This document shows, in pieces, positions 1 through 15,000 of a stretch of DNA of 64,000 nucleotides. A program made the translations under genes and the position numbers. Location: contig JAQGDQ010000055.1 in the NCBI GenBank assembly GCA_030141605.1, positions 620,001 to 684,000 on the forward strand, written 5' to 3'. The number at the start of each line of letters is the position of its first letter. Within the stretch, counting starts at the first letter, position 1. Origin of the DNA: Tubiluchus corallicola (Eukaryota > Animalia > Priapulida). The notes beneath the pieces are model-generated. The model saw only the letters and a list, made by a program, of their open reading frames with translations, had not been told where the DNA came from and did not search any database.

Positions 1-3000
1 GATTGATGCAGTAAGTTGGTGTTAATTATTAATTATTAAAGGTACGTGTAATTGATAATCAGCAACACATTCAATGCAAAGTAATTCAGCTCCATTAAAA
101 CTGCAATAACATTTAATAACTTTTTGCAGTCTTGCTAAGTGCCGTTTTTTTCCTTTTTTCAGTCTGTTACGAAAGCCCAAGCTAACGCTCTTAAATCGCA
201 CATTGAAGGGGTATGTTAACTTTGTTTCAATGTTTGTTTAATATCTTGAGATGCTTCAAGTATTTCGAAAATTAGTTTGAAAAAATCATTTACTAGCAGC
301 ATAATAATAAACACATACTAGTGATAATGGCGTATGCAAAATGTTATTACTGTTGACGGGTCTATGTTCAGTTTTGCAAATTGTACAAAAATTGTGTCAT
401 TGTAAATCTTCCAGTTTGGCTCATGGTGGTTCTTACTTGAATGTGTGGAATGTTGATTAACTAAAAAATTCCAATAACTTTTTTATTTGAACATTTTTTA
501 GTCCAGATATATTTATGCAGAAACTTAATTAAATAAATCAGAGCTAGATGTATATTTTAGTTTACAGCTCCGAAATTGTTGATATTAGCAGCTAGTGATG
601 AAGTTATTTGCACATATGAGTGTGTATTCAACCATTGGTGAAACGAGCTCTTTTAAACAGTCTAATACCATAGGATGCAGAATAAAAAGTGTAAAAAGGT
701 GCAAAATGATCGAACTGTGTATGCCGTCTGTCACCTAGTTGGACCTGGATGCAGTTTCATCGCCACGTTATACATAGATTTTTATTTACAAAATTGTAGT
801 TGGACGACTGTACTTGTTGGTGTCCCAATTCTATTAGTGTTTGGCAACTATGTATGCTTAGAAAACAGTGGATTTGGTTTTAGTTAAATAGCTGTCATAA
901 TTTAGACTTTAAAATTGTCTTGACACTGAGTGTTCGTGCGTTCGCAATGTGTACTTTGTTTTTGCATTTCTAAGGCTTCATTTCATGCCCCCGTTTCTGA
1001 TTTTTGCATTAAACAGATGAACCAGCTACTGCTTGAGCCTGATAGTAGATTTACAAAGCTGTGGGAGCGATTGATCGTACTGCTGGCTTTGTACGTTTTC
1101 TTTTTCTATACCTACGTTGCGTGTTTTCCTTCTCTGCATGGTCATAAGTTTCTGTACGAGGAACATGGTGGCCCGATAGCTCTCTTGTTTACATACTTAG
1201 TCGAGTCTTTCTTTGTTGCTGACATCATTGTACAGATGAGAACGGCAGTCATTTCTGAACATAGTAAGCTGACAAATTATTATTATTATGTATTAGGAAT
1301 GATTTCTGCTTCCATTTTGAATTTGTCAATATGTATTGCTTGCATTTTTGTGATGCAATGTAATTTATATTAGTATGTAATGTATATTAATAACATTGTG
1401 TTATTTATGTATCATTTATGCATTTAAACAAATGTATTACTTGTGAAATGCAGTTAAACCAGAAGCAGAAACACCAACAAAAGCATAAAAATCCACGTCT
1501 TTATTTTGATTCGTACATATCCAAAGCTCATCTTCAGTGGTAATAACCAGGATGAGTACTAGAGCTGCTCAAAATGCATTAAAATGAAAATGTGGATTTG
1601 TTACTCACTTCATTTGTGTTTTTGTTTTTTTTTATTTACGCATTTTGTCATAAAGCAGTACCATACAAATGTTATTTTTGAATAATTTTCCGACAACGAG
1701 TATAGTTTTTCATTTCTCCAAACTTAATATGTGTTTTTAGTACCAAAACAAGTTTTAAAGGAAGACAATATTTCAAAGAGTAGATTGTTTTGACGTGCAG
1801 TTTTAGTTTGGGTCCAGTTTTGCTTTAAGTTGAGCTACAGCACTAATAGTGTTTTAGTGGTAGCTGTGCCACTGGTAAATGCACTTTAATTAGTACAGAT
1901 TTGAAATCAGTCAAGTGAAAGGGAAAGTTGGTATATACTGGAGTGGAATGTAAAAAAAGTTTTCTCAGTTTGTTTATTCCCATCTGCCCAGTTGTGCAAT
2001 ATACGTTTCAGCAGAAATAAAACATGTAAAAAAGCTTCTTGAAAACATTTAACAAACTTTGTTGATCATGTATTTTATTGTGTTCAAAACAAAAATTGCC
2101 AAGTAATAATTCACTGAGCTTTAATTTCAACACTGTATGTAATATTAACTGTGAGGGTCTTGAAAAGCTTCGTTAAATGTTTTTCTACCAAAGTTTTGGT
2201 CTGGATTTTTAGGGGTTTTTCGTGATTGGCAGTCGATAAAACGAAACTACCTGATGACAGTCAATTTTGCTTATGACCTCTTATCAGTGATCCCATTTGA
2301 GATTGTCGCAATTGTGATGCATGATCCGATGCCATATTTGACCTATCTTAAGTTGAATCGTTTGCTCAAGTTATGGAAGGTTTGCGTCTCATTTTCTAAT
2401 AGTATATAGTTCGCTAATTATGTACTGTTTTTCGCTACCAGATCAATGAATTAGCATGGGTTTTGGACGATAATACTTAGCAGTTTGTTCCTTTTGTTAT
2501 AACTTTCGTAGCTGATGGTTTTTAAATCAAAAGCTAAAACAAATTTAATGTAGCTGGTAAATATTCTTTAATACATGTTCAGTATTTCTATGTAATATGG
2601 TCATCCCTCACTTGTTATAACGTTTATTTTGTGTCTTCTCTACCATAGGTCGACAGATATTTACCACACACCTGACGTTACTATAAATTTGAAACTTTTA
2701 TGTGTTTAAGAAATAGCGATATTTGTTGATATTTGCCTGCTCCACAAAATATTAGTCACTAAACAACCAACTTACATCCATAATCAGTTAAATTTCAATT
2801 GTAATATGATCTCTCTGACCACTAGACAGTCAAATTTAGTTTTTATTCCTACTGCAAAATCAAATTCTGGTACAAGACAATTTATAGTCAGGGCAAGCAA
2901 GCATTACAATCAGTATGCGATCAAAACCGAATTAATTAAAATTACAAAATTTGAAATATTTAAAAATAAACTCAGGGAATTACTTATAAATAGTCGTTAG

Positions 3001-6000
3001 TTACAATGTATTTTATTTTCTTTTAAGTATAATCAAGTTTTATAATTATGCTTTTTTTGTAATATTAATTAGGATGTGCTTTCTTTTTATATTGATTATT
3101 TTATATTTTTTACTTCTATGTACTGTAAACTGTGCAAAGAAAAACCTCATTTATGGGAACTGCACGTGTGATGTAAAATTAAATGGACAAACCTGTACGT
3201 GGGCATTTTCCCATGGTTTTCTCCATCCATATACTTCTGTTTATCGTTTTCTCTGTTGTGTTTGTTGTTTCCTCCCTAAAGAATGTCTTTCTGATGGAAA
3301 TACCACCCATTGGCAGTTTTTTTTGGTATAATGAGGTAGATGTGTTATGAATGTAGTGGTAAATGGAAAGGTCAGGTTTGAGGAAGGGCTGAGTGTACTG
3401 AAAGTCGTTTAGTGTGCGCTCGAGCTGGAATGGATCATGGTGGAACCGTGGAACTTAGTTTGCTGGATGTTCTTCCAATTTTTTCTTAAATGAATCCAGG
3501 GATGTAGTGCATCATATCGTTGTAATGAGGGAATTCTAGTCGTTTAGTCACGGAAAATGAATCTGTTCTTGTTTCTACATGATTAGTGATCTTATAAACG
3601 TGTTTGTTCTCTTGGATGATGTTATATGGCCTTTTTGACTTTTTTAGCTAAGACTTCAGACTTTTTTAGCTAAGACTTCAATAAGCATAGCTGATAAAAC
3701 CAAAAAAATCTTTAGCATCTGGAAAATTGCATTAGCAATCTAATGATGTGATATAATTGTCTACGCAATATTAAAACATCTTGTCCATATGCTGGTCATA
3801 AACTTTGCACTTTTTACAGCACAGCCTTTTTAAAATGTTTTATTGTAAGATTGGACCTACTGGAGGTATTGCTATTATTCTGATTAGCTATTTCTACAGG
3901 CACAAAATTCCATTTTTAGGTAGAACATTATTTTAAGAAGTTGGAGAATCGTCTAGATGTAAGTTTGTCAGCAGTGAGAACAGTACGTTTTCTTATATAT
4001 ATTTTAGCCATAACTCATATAGGAGGTTGCCTTTGGTACCTTATTGCTGGGTGAGTGTTAATAATATATTTTACTTCTACCAGTTAAAAGCTCTGAGTTA
4101 ACTATAGATTTCTCTAATGACTTTGCAAAAATGCTCATTTTTTAAATGTTTGCATACGTTTTTGAAAATATGCTAAACAAACCTATAAATTTTCTACCAT
4201 TTTGTAGATCTTTGGATCTTTTCAAGTTCTACAAATCTCACTATAGTGTTATTAACAATGATAATTATTAGTTGTGTATAGTAGTCTAAGTTACAGGCAG
4301 AAATTTAGACTTGCAAAAACTGGTTAATACTTAAACAAAATACACAGCATCCAGTTTTGATGTTGCTTTGAAGTGACTAATACAGTACCTATTTACAAAA
4401 AAATGTAGTGTGCATTATATGAAATTTGGTTACCAACATTACTTTCTGGAGCAAATGAGAAATGACCTTTTCAGTTGTATTGCAAGAAATGGCAATGCAC
4501 TCTGTACTCGTATTCTTGCAACCCGGAAATCTTTCCTTTTGCCTTATTAGTTTGATGAATTGACAACCTTTTCATGGGATTTTGAAATATTTCTTATAAT
4601 GATATACGGAATCTACAAGTTTTCCTAGACATGTGTCTGCATTTGTTTACTTAGGACAGCCTATTTTGTGCTGTTTGCGTGATTCCTACTCGTGTGATAT
4701 GAAATGGGTATTTTTTCTGGTATTCTTTCTCAAGTGACAAGCAGAATTTAAAATTGTAACACATACAGAAAGTACATTACTGTACAACTTTTTTGACCCA
4801 GCTACTAAGCCTGTAACTTTTTTAGCATGCATCGTGATCTTTGTGGAATAAGCCTATTATCATTATGGTTTGGTCTTACAAAAAAGGAGAAGCCATTGTG
4901 TTAATTAAGTTGAAGTAAAGCACTGATATAGTTAGTAAACTTCATCGGTTGATGCAATATTTGATACTAATTTACAACACACTACCATGTAGAAATTCTT
5001 GCAAGTCTGTTATAGTACTTTTAAGAAAGTTGTGATGAATTTTGTAAATTATTTTTATAATTTTATCTACTAATGTATGTAAAATTAAATCATTGTGGCC
5101 AGGCATTGTTTGTATTGACAACAAACTGGGTTGTGAAGTAATAATATAGAAATTCAAGTTTTCATGTCACCTTTTTTGCATTTCAAACTTGAGGCAACAT
5201 GTAATTATTCAAAAAAAATAATGCTTTTCAGAAAATGGTTCACAGGTCCAGCGCATGCACACGAGCAATCGTGGCTTTACTGGAGTTTGAAGCGTGACAT
5301 TTGGGTAAGATTGTACTTTTTGTCTTTTTTACATCAGTCCAACGTTGTTTAAGCCAGCATCGCATGTTCACTAGCAATATCTACTGGTAATGTTGAATGG
5401 TTGTGGCAGGAATGGAATCCAGGATAACTGTTGAAGATCTTGAGGTGTGACTTTGAACTTTCCACAAGGTCTTTGTAGTTTACTTTAACATTTGCTGTAA
5501 AATGATGTCTGATGATGGTCATGTCATATGTTGTATTATATTGCACAATAAGCTGTCACTAATGAATTACACTGTTAAGTTCAGAAATGCATAAATGTAA
5601 GTGTTAATATACGAAATAACTGGAAGCAGCATAGCAGATAAAATGCTCAGTTACTAGCTGGGTTTCACGCTGTTTAATTTTCTTTTGCCAAACACACGTG
5701 ACCATTGTTATCCTTGTGTGTGGGACTAAATGTGGCATTTTGAATTCTGTACTTCTTGTCTATATATGTTTGGCTTTCGTAAAACATACTTGAACTGATT
5801 GTACATGAGTGTGCGTGAGTGAAAGTGTGAATGGTTTTGAATTGGTGTGAGTTAAAGGTGTAGATAGACATCTTTTGTTATGAAGCAATAGACATACTGA
5901 TTTGCGTGCTGAGCGGTACTTTTTGCATCATCTAAGCTGCATTTTCAGGCTTCCCGAAGTTTAGAGATGAAATGCAAGTGATGTTTGTGATTTATTTATT

Positions 6001-9000
6001 ATAACATTATATATTTAGCAGTTACTGCTTTCTTACTGTGCATAACTGGATTTGTTTTGTTTGAAAGGATATTTTTATCATGAAATTTGACTTATTTGAA
6101 CAAGTGTTCAAGTAAATATTACTATTAGAACTTAGCAAAACTTTTTTCACTTGCGTATTTCTAAGTTTTCTTCAAGTTCAACCATTATATAATTGATAAA
6201 CACTTTTCCTAGTATTTTCATACATTTTGCTGCAATTTTGGAATACTGATACATATTAATTCGTCTATTTTTGCCTACAGCTAACATTGAGTGAGGAACA
6301 GCTTGAGATACTTGAAATTGAGAAGGGAGCATCTACATATTATAGAAAAGGTGCAATGGATGGAGCCATTGCTGACTTTAATGCTCCTTCAAGTATGAGC
6401 CTTGATGACGATGACGAAAACGATCGGGATCACGGTCATGAGGAAGAAGATCATCAGAAATCAGTTAATGGCACTGGAAGTATTTATGCTGTGTCACTGT
6501 ACTGGGCAGCTGTGACCTTGTCGAGTCTTGGATATGGGGACATCACGCCTCATGCGATATATGGCTACATAGTGGCGATAATTGTCATGTTTGCGGGTGT
6601 ACTGTTGTATGGCTTTGTTTTAGCCTACATTGCTGCTTACGCTGCGACTGCTGATGCAGCCCGGTATGTATGGAGACGTTCTTATAGCATCTTGGTCTGT
6701 GTCCCGCACGTTATCATTGTTTCATTTTGACTCTGTTATGTTTTGTTAGGGCATTTTTGCGATTTAAGTAGTAAAACCTTCACTGTAATTTCTGGACATT
6801 GAAAAAACTCTAAGTTATGAACTAATGGTGTGTTTAGCATTGACTACACAAAAGTTGAGTACTAGATACAGCTATAAGAGATGTTTGTTTTGGCTACTTT
6901 AAGTACTGCTCTACAATTTCCCACACTATTCTCTGTATTTAATGAAAGTGGTTCTCATAATGTCTATGTTTCTTGTAACAATCTTGCAAATTTAACAATT
7001 TACATTCTTATTGGAACGTGACAAATCGTAGTGACGATTTTATTGCAGACTGAATGAGGATAAGCTGTTTTTATGAAATTGTGCAATTCGTAACTAGTAA
7101 AAACTGGTTACTTGGAGTACAGTAGCATACTACACTACACTTGAGGCAAAATTTTAAATCAGATGCAAGTATGCAGCTAAGTTCCAGACCACTCGGTTAG
7201 AATGAAACGCTAGAGCCTTCTGATGCATTTTTTTGATTTGAAGATATTTTGCGGATATTATAATGTAAATATTTTTTTCATCAAAAATTTATGTTTTGGT
7301 CACAAACTGTGACTGATCTTGTGCATGCCAAATCTGAAAGCGTTCACTTCCCTAATGCATCCATGTTACGTTAGACTTGTTATCTAATTATTGTGGAAGA
7401 AACTGTGTGGTTCTGTTATGAATAGTTATTACGCCAAATGTTGCAAGAGTGTTTTGTTGCGCATTTAATTGTAGATCGGTGTTCTACACTGAATATTATT
7501 GTGTCCACTCTTTCTCATAAACCAATCAAATGTGTCCAGAACTCAATACATTTTAACAAAACACTTTTTAGACTTGAACCAATAAAATCATACAAGAATT
7601 GACAATCCTCATAAGTGCGTTCATGATTTTTAAACCACTTCTCAAAGTTATTTGATTTTATTCAGTGTACATCTTGAATCATATAATGAAAAGGATTTTC
7701 ATTTTGCAGTCTTTGCAATTAGCTTATTGTCACTTTAATGTTCTCGCTCTATTTTGCAGTGTGAAGTACCAAACAATGGTAAGTGCTATCAAAAAGTTCA
7801 TGAGTGTGCAGAAATTAAAGCCAGGCTTGCAAAAGCAGGTGGTTGCATACATGACTCAGATATGGTACAAATACAGGTGAGTCAATGTTAACAGTGATTA
7901 AACGAGTTGCACTCAGCTTGCCACATGAATGAGGGGAATGGGATGCAAGGCAAACCAATCATTTGTTTCATAGTAACACTTAGAGTTCTGGAAGAACAAG
8001 CAAATAATAGATGTGCAACGTGTTTGTTTGCTTGCTTTGTTTTTGTTTATAGTGATACATGATAGCGTGTTCATTCACAAATGATTAGCTTACTTGAACA
8101 TGGAAAAAGATTTTCTGGTTTCCTGTGTTATGATATTAGGGTGGCTATTAATCTCATAATGTTGCTGTTACATGCACTTTCCTTTTTGTTTACAGAGGCG
8201 AAGAATTACCAGGGACAAGGCAGAAGATATACTCAGACCTCCCTTCCAATTTGCAGCAAGACATTGCCATTTCAGAAGCTGCACTTTTTCTAGAGGTAAT
8301 GCTATCACTTTTTTCAGGACTGGCAATAATTCTTAAAAAAATTATTTTAAGTTTTTATTGTCAGGCAGGGCCAAATTAACACTTAAGCAAACTTAGCATG
8401 TGCTTATTGCACCAATGCTCAGGTGGCAATGTTTGGACTTTACGGAGACAAACAAACAAATCATCATTTTGCTCAGTATAACTGTTTATTGTTTGTACCA
8501 TTTTGATGTCACATGCCCCTTAGTCATTTTCTTCATCATATATGACACTGTGACGCCATAACCCAAAATATTACATTTTATCTGAAATAAGATATAAATT
8601 TCTTTAATAAACTAATTCATTTCTACCAAAACATCGATTATGATTAAGCGAAATTAATGAGAGTAAATAAAAAAATGACTAAATAAAATTTACGTACATC
8701 GTTGGCATTAAATCGTGAGTTCACAGAAACCCGTCATCACATGAACACCTTGAAACTTAAAATGACCGGAAATTCACTAGGATGTAAATATTGAGGCCAG
8801 GTGTCGCCACTTGTAACTGTATGGCTATACTAAATTTGACAAACAAAATCCTTGACAGGCAAAAAATAAATAGAAAAAAAAGACAATAAAATCTTTCACA
8901 GTTCAAATTGGTAATTGGCTACAGATGCACCATGGCTGGATTGTTTTTTATACCATTACATAGCACCACAGTAGCATCTTCACCTTTTATCACCTATTGC

Positions 9001-12000
9001 CATGGCAAGTTGGCAGCACTGTAACCACAACATCTGCAACAGTTATTAACTGAGATCCCAGAGCAGAAAGTTTCACGATCAATGGCTCACACAGTGCTTG
9101 TGATTACGCGGTCACTTTAACTTCCTGTTAACTCCTTAGGTCCGCCTGATTCAGAATAGGTCTTTTAAGATCTATGACTTTCCTGGGACTGTATGAGCAC
9201 AGATATAACTAAATAATTACAAATTAGGTAGTGTTTTATTCCGAAGAATATCGGCTATCCAATCCAAAATTAAGAAAAATGCCCTTTTCAGGCACTCCAA
9301 TTTAGCCTGTTGAGTAGCTTAGACTGGTGTACACTTGGGTGATCATACACACTAATTTATTGATCGCCTGTTTGCTACAGCTCAAGCTGTGCAGTTTTCT
9401 GCTGCTTTTCATCGAAAAACCAACCAACCAGCCAAGGATAAATTAAAGTTGTTTCATCGTTTAACAGGAATTTCTCCTCAAAAAACAAAGTAGATTTGAG
9501 GCCAAAGCAAATCGGTATTTTTCTTTACATGTGGTTGTATTTGCATTTGCGTATTCAGAACTTAACCATAATTGTGACGTCACGAAGCCATGATTGCTTG
9601 GTTGAGCTGAGTCCCTTTCATCCTTGATACAGTAGTCTTGAATACACCTGCACTATTATAATAGCGCTAAAGATTTTCCCATTGCGATTCTGACAAACAG
9701 ATGCAGGTTTGTCAATTCCAGAAAACTGAGTAGGAATTCAGAAAATTTCGTTGTTGAAGGTTGCGTTGTAAAGAAACGATAGCAAAAATGATCGATTGAT
9801 GATCAGGTTTGAGAAAATGATTGCAATGATTTGTGCAGTCGTAGAATTTGATCGTGTTCACAATGATTACAACAACTGCAGGGTCGGTTTTTTGACAGGG
9901 TCTACCCCAGTTTTCAAAATTTTCCAAAAGTATCGATGAAAAAATTGCTTCTGGAACTAATTAGTTATTGCATAGATTGTAAATACTTTGCCTGAATTAC
10001 AGTCCTAACTAACATAGATAGGATAAAAAAAATTAACTGAAAAAGACTAGCATTAAATGAAGTACCGTATTTTCCCGTGTATAAGAGACCCTTGTGTATA
10101 AGAGACCCCTTCAATTTTTAGGCAAAAATTCTGGAAAAAAGTTTTTTCAGACGGACATTTTTAGAGGGTAAAGTACAACTTTTTTCAACTCAGTGCGGTA
10201 CTGAAAACAAAATAAAACCAGTTAATGTGTTGTAGAAAAAGAGTACTGGTATATATTAAAGTGCGTACCTGCAAACCTGTAACAGGAAAAGAGAAAACGA
10301 GGAGATAATGCCTGTGTCACGATGCTTGTATTGCTTACAACCGCTTCATAGTCGAACGCCACACGCAAAACAGTTGTAGAGCACTTATTTCTTTAAAATC
10401 ATTAGTGTCACAATTTATGCATCTTATTGAAAAGACTTACTCCCATGTATAAGAGACCCCCTATTTTTAAAGTGAAAATTCTGAGCAAAAAAGGGTCTCT
10501 TATACACGGGAAAATACGGTAGCTAGGAAGGGTGTAGCATTAAATGAAGTAGCTATGAAGGGTGTAGCATTAAATGAAGTAGCAAGAAGGGTGTAGCATT
10601 AAATGAAGTAGCTAGGAAGGGTGTAACATTAAATGAAGTAGCAAGAAGGGTGTAATTTAGCATTCTAATTTTTGTGAATGAGCGAATATTAACTCCTATC
10701 TAGCCTATTGTTGATGCAGCATCCGTTATTTTCTACACAGATACTGAATGTTTGTAGCTCATTAATCATTGGTATGCACGGCTGACAGTTTGGCATGTTG
10801 TAGTGACAGGTTTTTGTGCAACTCAAAAGACAAAAAGAAATATCGTTGATACGTGTGTACAAGAGAATGTAATTTTTGTGCAAATAAGTTTTGAGCTGCT
10901 TTTGAATTATTTTTCTTTCTATGTGCAGTTGTAATGCAAATTTTTCTTTTGTGATTTTTAAGTTTATTATTTACAGATGTACACTCATGTCTCGATTTGC
11001 CGGACAAAAGCGGAAGGCGTCGGTTTCAGTTTACCAAATGTCCGTAGTTACCGATACTAAACTAATGCAGAAGGCGCTGTGTATGAGACTCACTGTAATG
11101 TAGAATCAGTCGTCTAATTGTCTTAAAAACGTCTTATACGAAAGTATATAAAAACTGCCGGCAATTGACTCAAATAACTCCTCATAAATGACTCTATATT
11201 TTTTCTGCACATGCTTTACGCTGATGTAATGATGAAAACAAAGTGATGGCCCGCCAACTAGTCAGCTTGTGAAATAACGGACTGTGTCCATAGTATGCGG
11301 GACTTTTTAATGGTCCAAATTTTGTCTGATTCTTCCAATATACGTAAAAAGTGAGGTCTGCCAAACCGAGATATAAATGTACTAGAAGTTTTAATTTGTT
11401 GTAACGTATTCTGTTTCAAGCATTAATCAATGTAAATATTGTTTTTTCACACTCAGCTACCGTTTTTTTGTGATGTTGACGTCAAGTTTCTTAGGCAGTT
11501 GCTTCTGAAATCAAATACATACATATTCAGTGCCGGTCAGATAATAATTTATGCTGGTGATGTAGCTGAAGAAATGTACCTGCTCAGAAGAGGCATTTGC
11601 ACGGTACTGTTGTTAATGCAAAATGTTTTTTTATTGATGAATTGCTTGCTTGCCTACTTACTTACTTGCTTATTTATTTACTTACATACTCACTCACTCA
11701 CTCAGTCACTCACTCACTCACTTACTATATTACTTACTTAGTTACATAATTATTTACCTGCTTACTTATTGATAACAGTTATTTGCTATCTGTAAGTCCA
11801 ACATATGGCTGGCTATGCTTATTTCTTTAACCAGTGCTGGAATGTTCTTAGTGGAATATGTTTTATGTATAGTTAGCACATTTGATTAATGGTGCTTTCA
11901 GATGTTAAGACTTCTTTCGCAACTTGTTGTACAAGTTCTCTCTGCGAGTAAAGTTGCACTTGTGAATGGCTTGCCAACTTCTCTGCCAACTACAGTTTGG

Positions 12001-15000
12001 AAAACTGTTAAACTTTGATGTGCAAGTATAAAACGGGTATAATATAACTTCTTTAGTATGACCGTTTCTCTGTAGTGAAAACTGTTCTGTTATAGCTTTT
12101 GACAAATGACCTGAAAGATGTGATAGCAGAAGTCGGTCCTGGACAGGCTTTTGGAGAGCTGGCTTTACTAGTTATCGATTACAGCCCGGTAACTATACGT
12201 GCAAAGACGGCAGTAGATGTCATTATGATAAGTCGAAGTTCATTTGAGACTGTCTGTGAGCAGTTTCCCTTAGTGAAAGCACAATTTCAAAGAGCGTGCC
12301 TGCGGGATGATTGGGTTAGCAGGATAAGGAACCAATCTCTTGTGCATAACTCGGCGAGAACTCCCGTGAGTTGACATTTTCTTAAATTGATATTGTAATA
12401 AAGTGTAACGATTGCACATTTTCACTATGCAGATTTTTGCTAAACGACTTCCTTCTCCTCCGTGATTTATAAATGTATCACTTCATTCATCCCACTTCAT
12501 AATGTATCATTCAGCACATGATTTAGCAGAGCGAGAGCACTTTAGTTTTCCTGCAGCGAAATTATTTATTATTCCTTTGATGTCTTTTTGTGCATAGAAT
12601 TAGCATTTCCTAACCTCTCTTAAAGCAAAACCGGACCCAATCTTAAACTGTAGATCAAAACAATCTACTCTTTAAAATATTGAAAGGAAACGTACTATGT
12701 TTTTTCAAAAATGACTTGCATGAAAGAATTATTACCACGGAAAGAGAATTTCACGTTCGCACCACTAGTTAAACAGGCACTAGTGCCTGCATTTCGGGAA
12801 CGCATTGCAGGTATTGTACTTCTCAGTTCAGATGTGTTAGTTTGTGAAGAACTCCACATGTTTGACAGCTCATGGGTGAGTAGGGCAATAAATTTGAAAT
12901 TTGAATTTTTACCTTAAAACTTGCACCCAGTTTTGGTACAACACAGTGAATATCTTACAATAGCATTGTACTTAAATTTTCGTTTTCACAAACACGTGCA
13001 ACACACTCGTGGAATATTTTTGCTGTTGAAAATGATGTTAGTTTGTGATGTCATCAATAGTTGGGGTCGCCCCGCTGGTAATTAAGTTTTCAGTCTATTG
13101 TTTAATCATCATAAACGCTTTTGCAGTATTAATTGTGTTAAAATTTATACTTTTTATCAGACTTGAAAGCGGGGTAGTGTACGAAAAATCATCCTGTTTT
13201 CCTTTAAACCCTCGCTATTAGTATTCTGGTGAAATTTGGCGAAGTCCCATGTCGGACACAATGTAGTCATCACTTGTGCAGTCATTCAGTTCTTTTAGGA
13301 TTGAGTTTCTTGCTGTGTAAACATTGTTAACTTCTATTTGCCATCATATGTTGCGTAAACACTGCTTAATTGGATTTATTTTGCATGTTACACCATTGTT
13401 AATAAAATTTTGATATGCAGAACTGCTCACTTCATTTTTTTGTTAAACACACCCCAGTTAAACACCTTGCTGGCTCATCGTGTCTAGTCGCTGATTTTTT
13501 GAACTGAACTGGGTCACCAGGACCCTCAGTTTGTGACAACATTTTTAACATAAATCTGTCAAAACTTATTGCAGTGATTATAATTAAATGTATTTTGAAC
13601 CATAAGTTCTAATTACAGCTAATTATGCACATTTCAGCTTTTTGTCTACATGGAAAAATACTAAGATTTCGCCTTTTCAGGTGCGATCTACATTGGACTT
13701 GATAAAAGATGCTCATCGTTCAAGAGAAGAGATTCCACTCGACCATATTTTGTCTTTTAAGCTACACAAAGACAACAGTGATTACAATGTTGTGTTTCAA
13801 ACGTCACCTGCTAGATTCGTCAAATATTTGTTAATGAGGTACTTCATTATGTTTAGTTAATTCATATCTAATTTTTTGCAATTAGTTTGGCAGTTTGGCC
13901 TGTTCTTAGTTCTGTGGTGCTCAGTCCTTTTTATTATTAAACTACATATTTATCAATTGTTATTGTTAATAGTAGTGAAGATTACAAGGTGTCACAATAA
14001 TGTCTGCATTTGACCTAAGCAGCTTCTTTTGCATGCAAAAGTTTGTATGAATAGTAAAATTAAGCCTAATATCAAAATATAGTTATATTTGGTATTGTTC
14101 AAAGATATATAAAAAATACTCATCGATTTGCATATTAGTGTGGTACATTTTATGCCTTTTGCTTTAATGTACTAATGTATGTACTCATTTTATATTAATC
14201 TATTTCTATGTATTTCATCTGCAATAGTTACACCACCTGTATACCATTTTTTCTTCCTGAGGCCTCTTTATCAGTGGTTACTGTGGCCAAAGGTTCCATT
14301 TTTTTGTATCTTTGACAATAATAAAAATATGGTTATATAAAAAAAGTAAGCATAACTCAGTTTTCTATGAACCAGTCATATTTTTGGCTAGTAAGGTGAT
14401 AATGAATCAGTCAGCTGGCTGGGCTGTGAGATGAAAAGCATCAAAAAACAGCAAATAGGATGATCTTGAATATATTGGAAGTTTGTGGTGGTGGTGACAA
14501 TGATGATAGTAACAATGATGTTGTTCTTCTGTTGCAGACATAAGTCATTGTACAACACTTTAGTTTCATATAACTAGATTTACAAAACTATTCAACTATC
14601 CACTTGACTATCACTTAAGATACTGAGTGATGTTTAGTTATTTGAAATAAACGGTAAATTTTTTTCAAAATCCAGATTCGGTTCTGAAGGGGCATTAATA
14701 AATTTAAAAAATGGGAGGAAGTTCAGCATCACGCTATGCAAAAGTGTATTTTCTGTAGTATGTTGTGCCACTGTGGAATATACAAATACTTGAAACTTTT
14801 ATTATGTTATTGTTGCAGGCAGAATTACAGGTTTTGATATAAGTGTACATGTTGTGCGCACTAGTGGGGGTGACCATTCGATTTGAACTTAAAATTAGCG
14901 ACTCAGACAGTGATACAGTTTATACTCATTCCATATGCATACTATTTAATTCCACACAGTTCATTATAATTGCATTGAGATGGGACGGCGAAAGACCATA

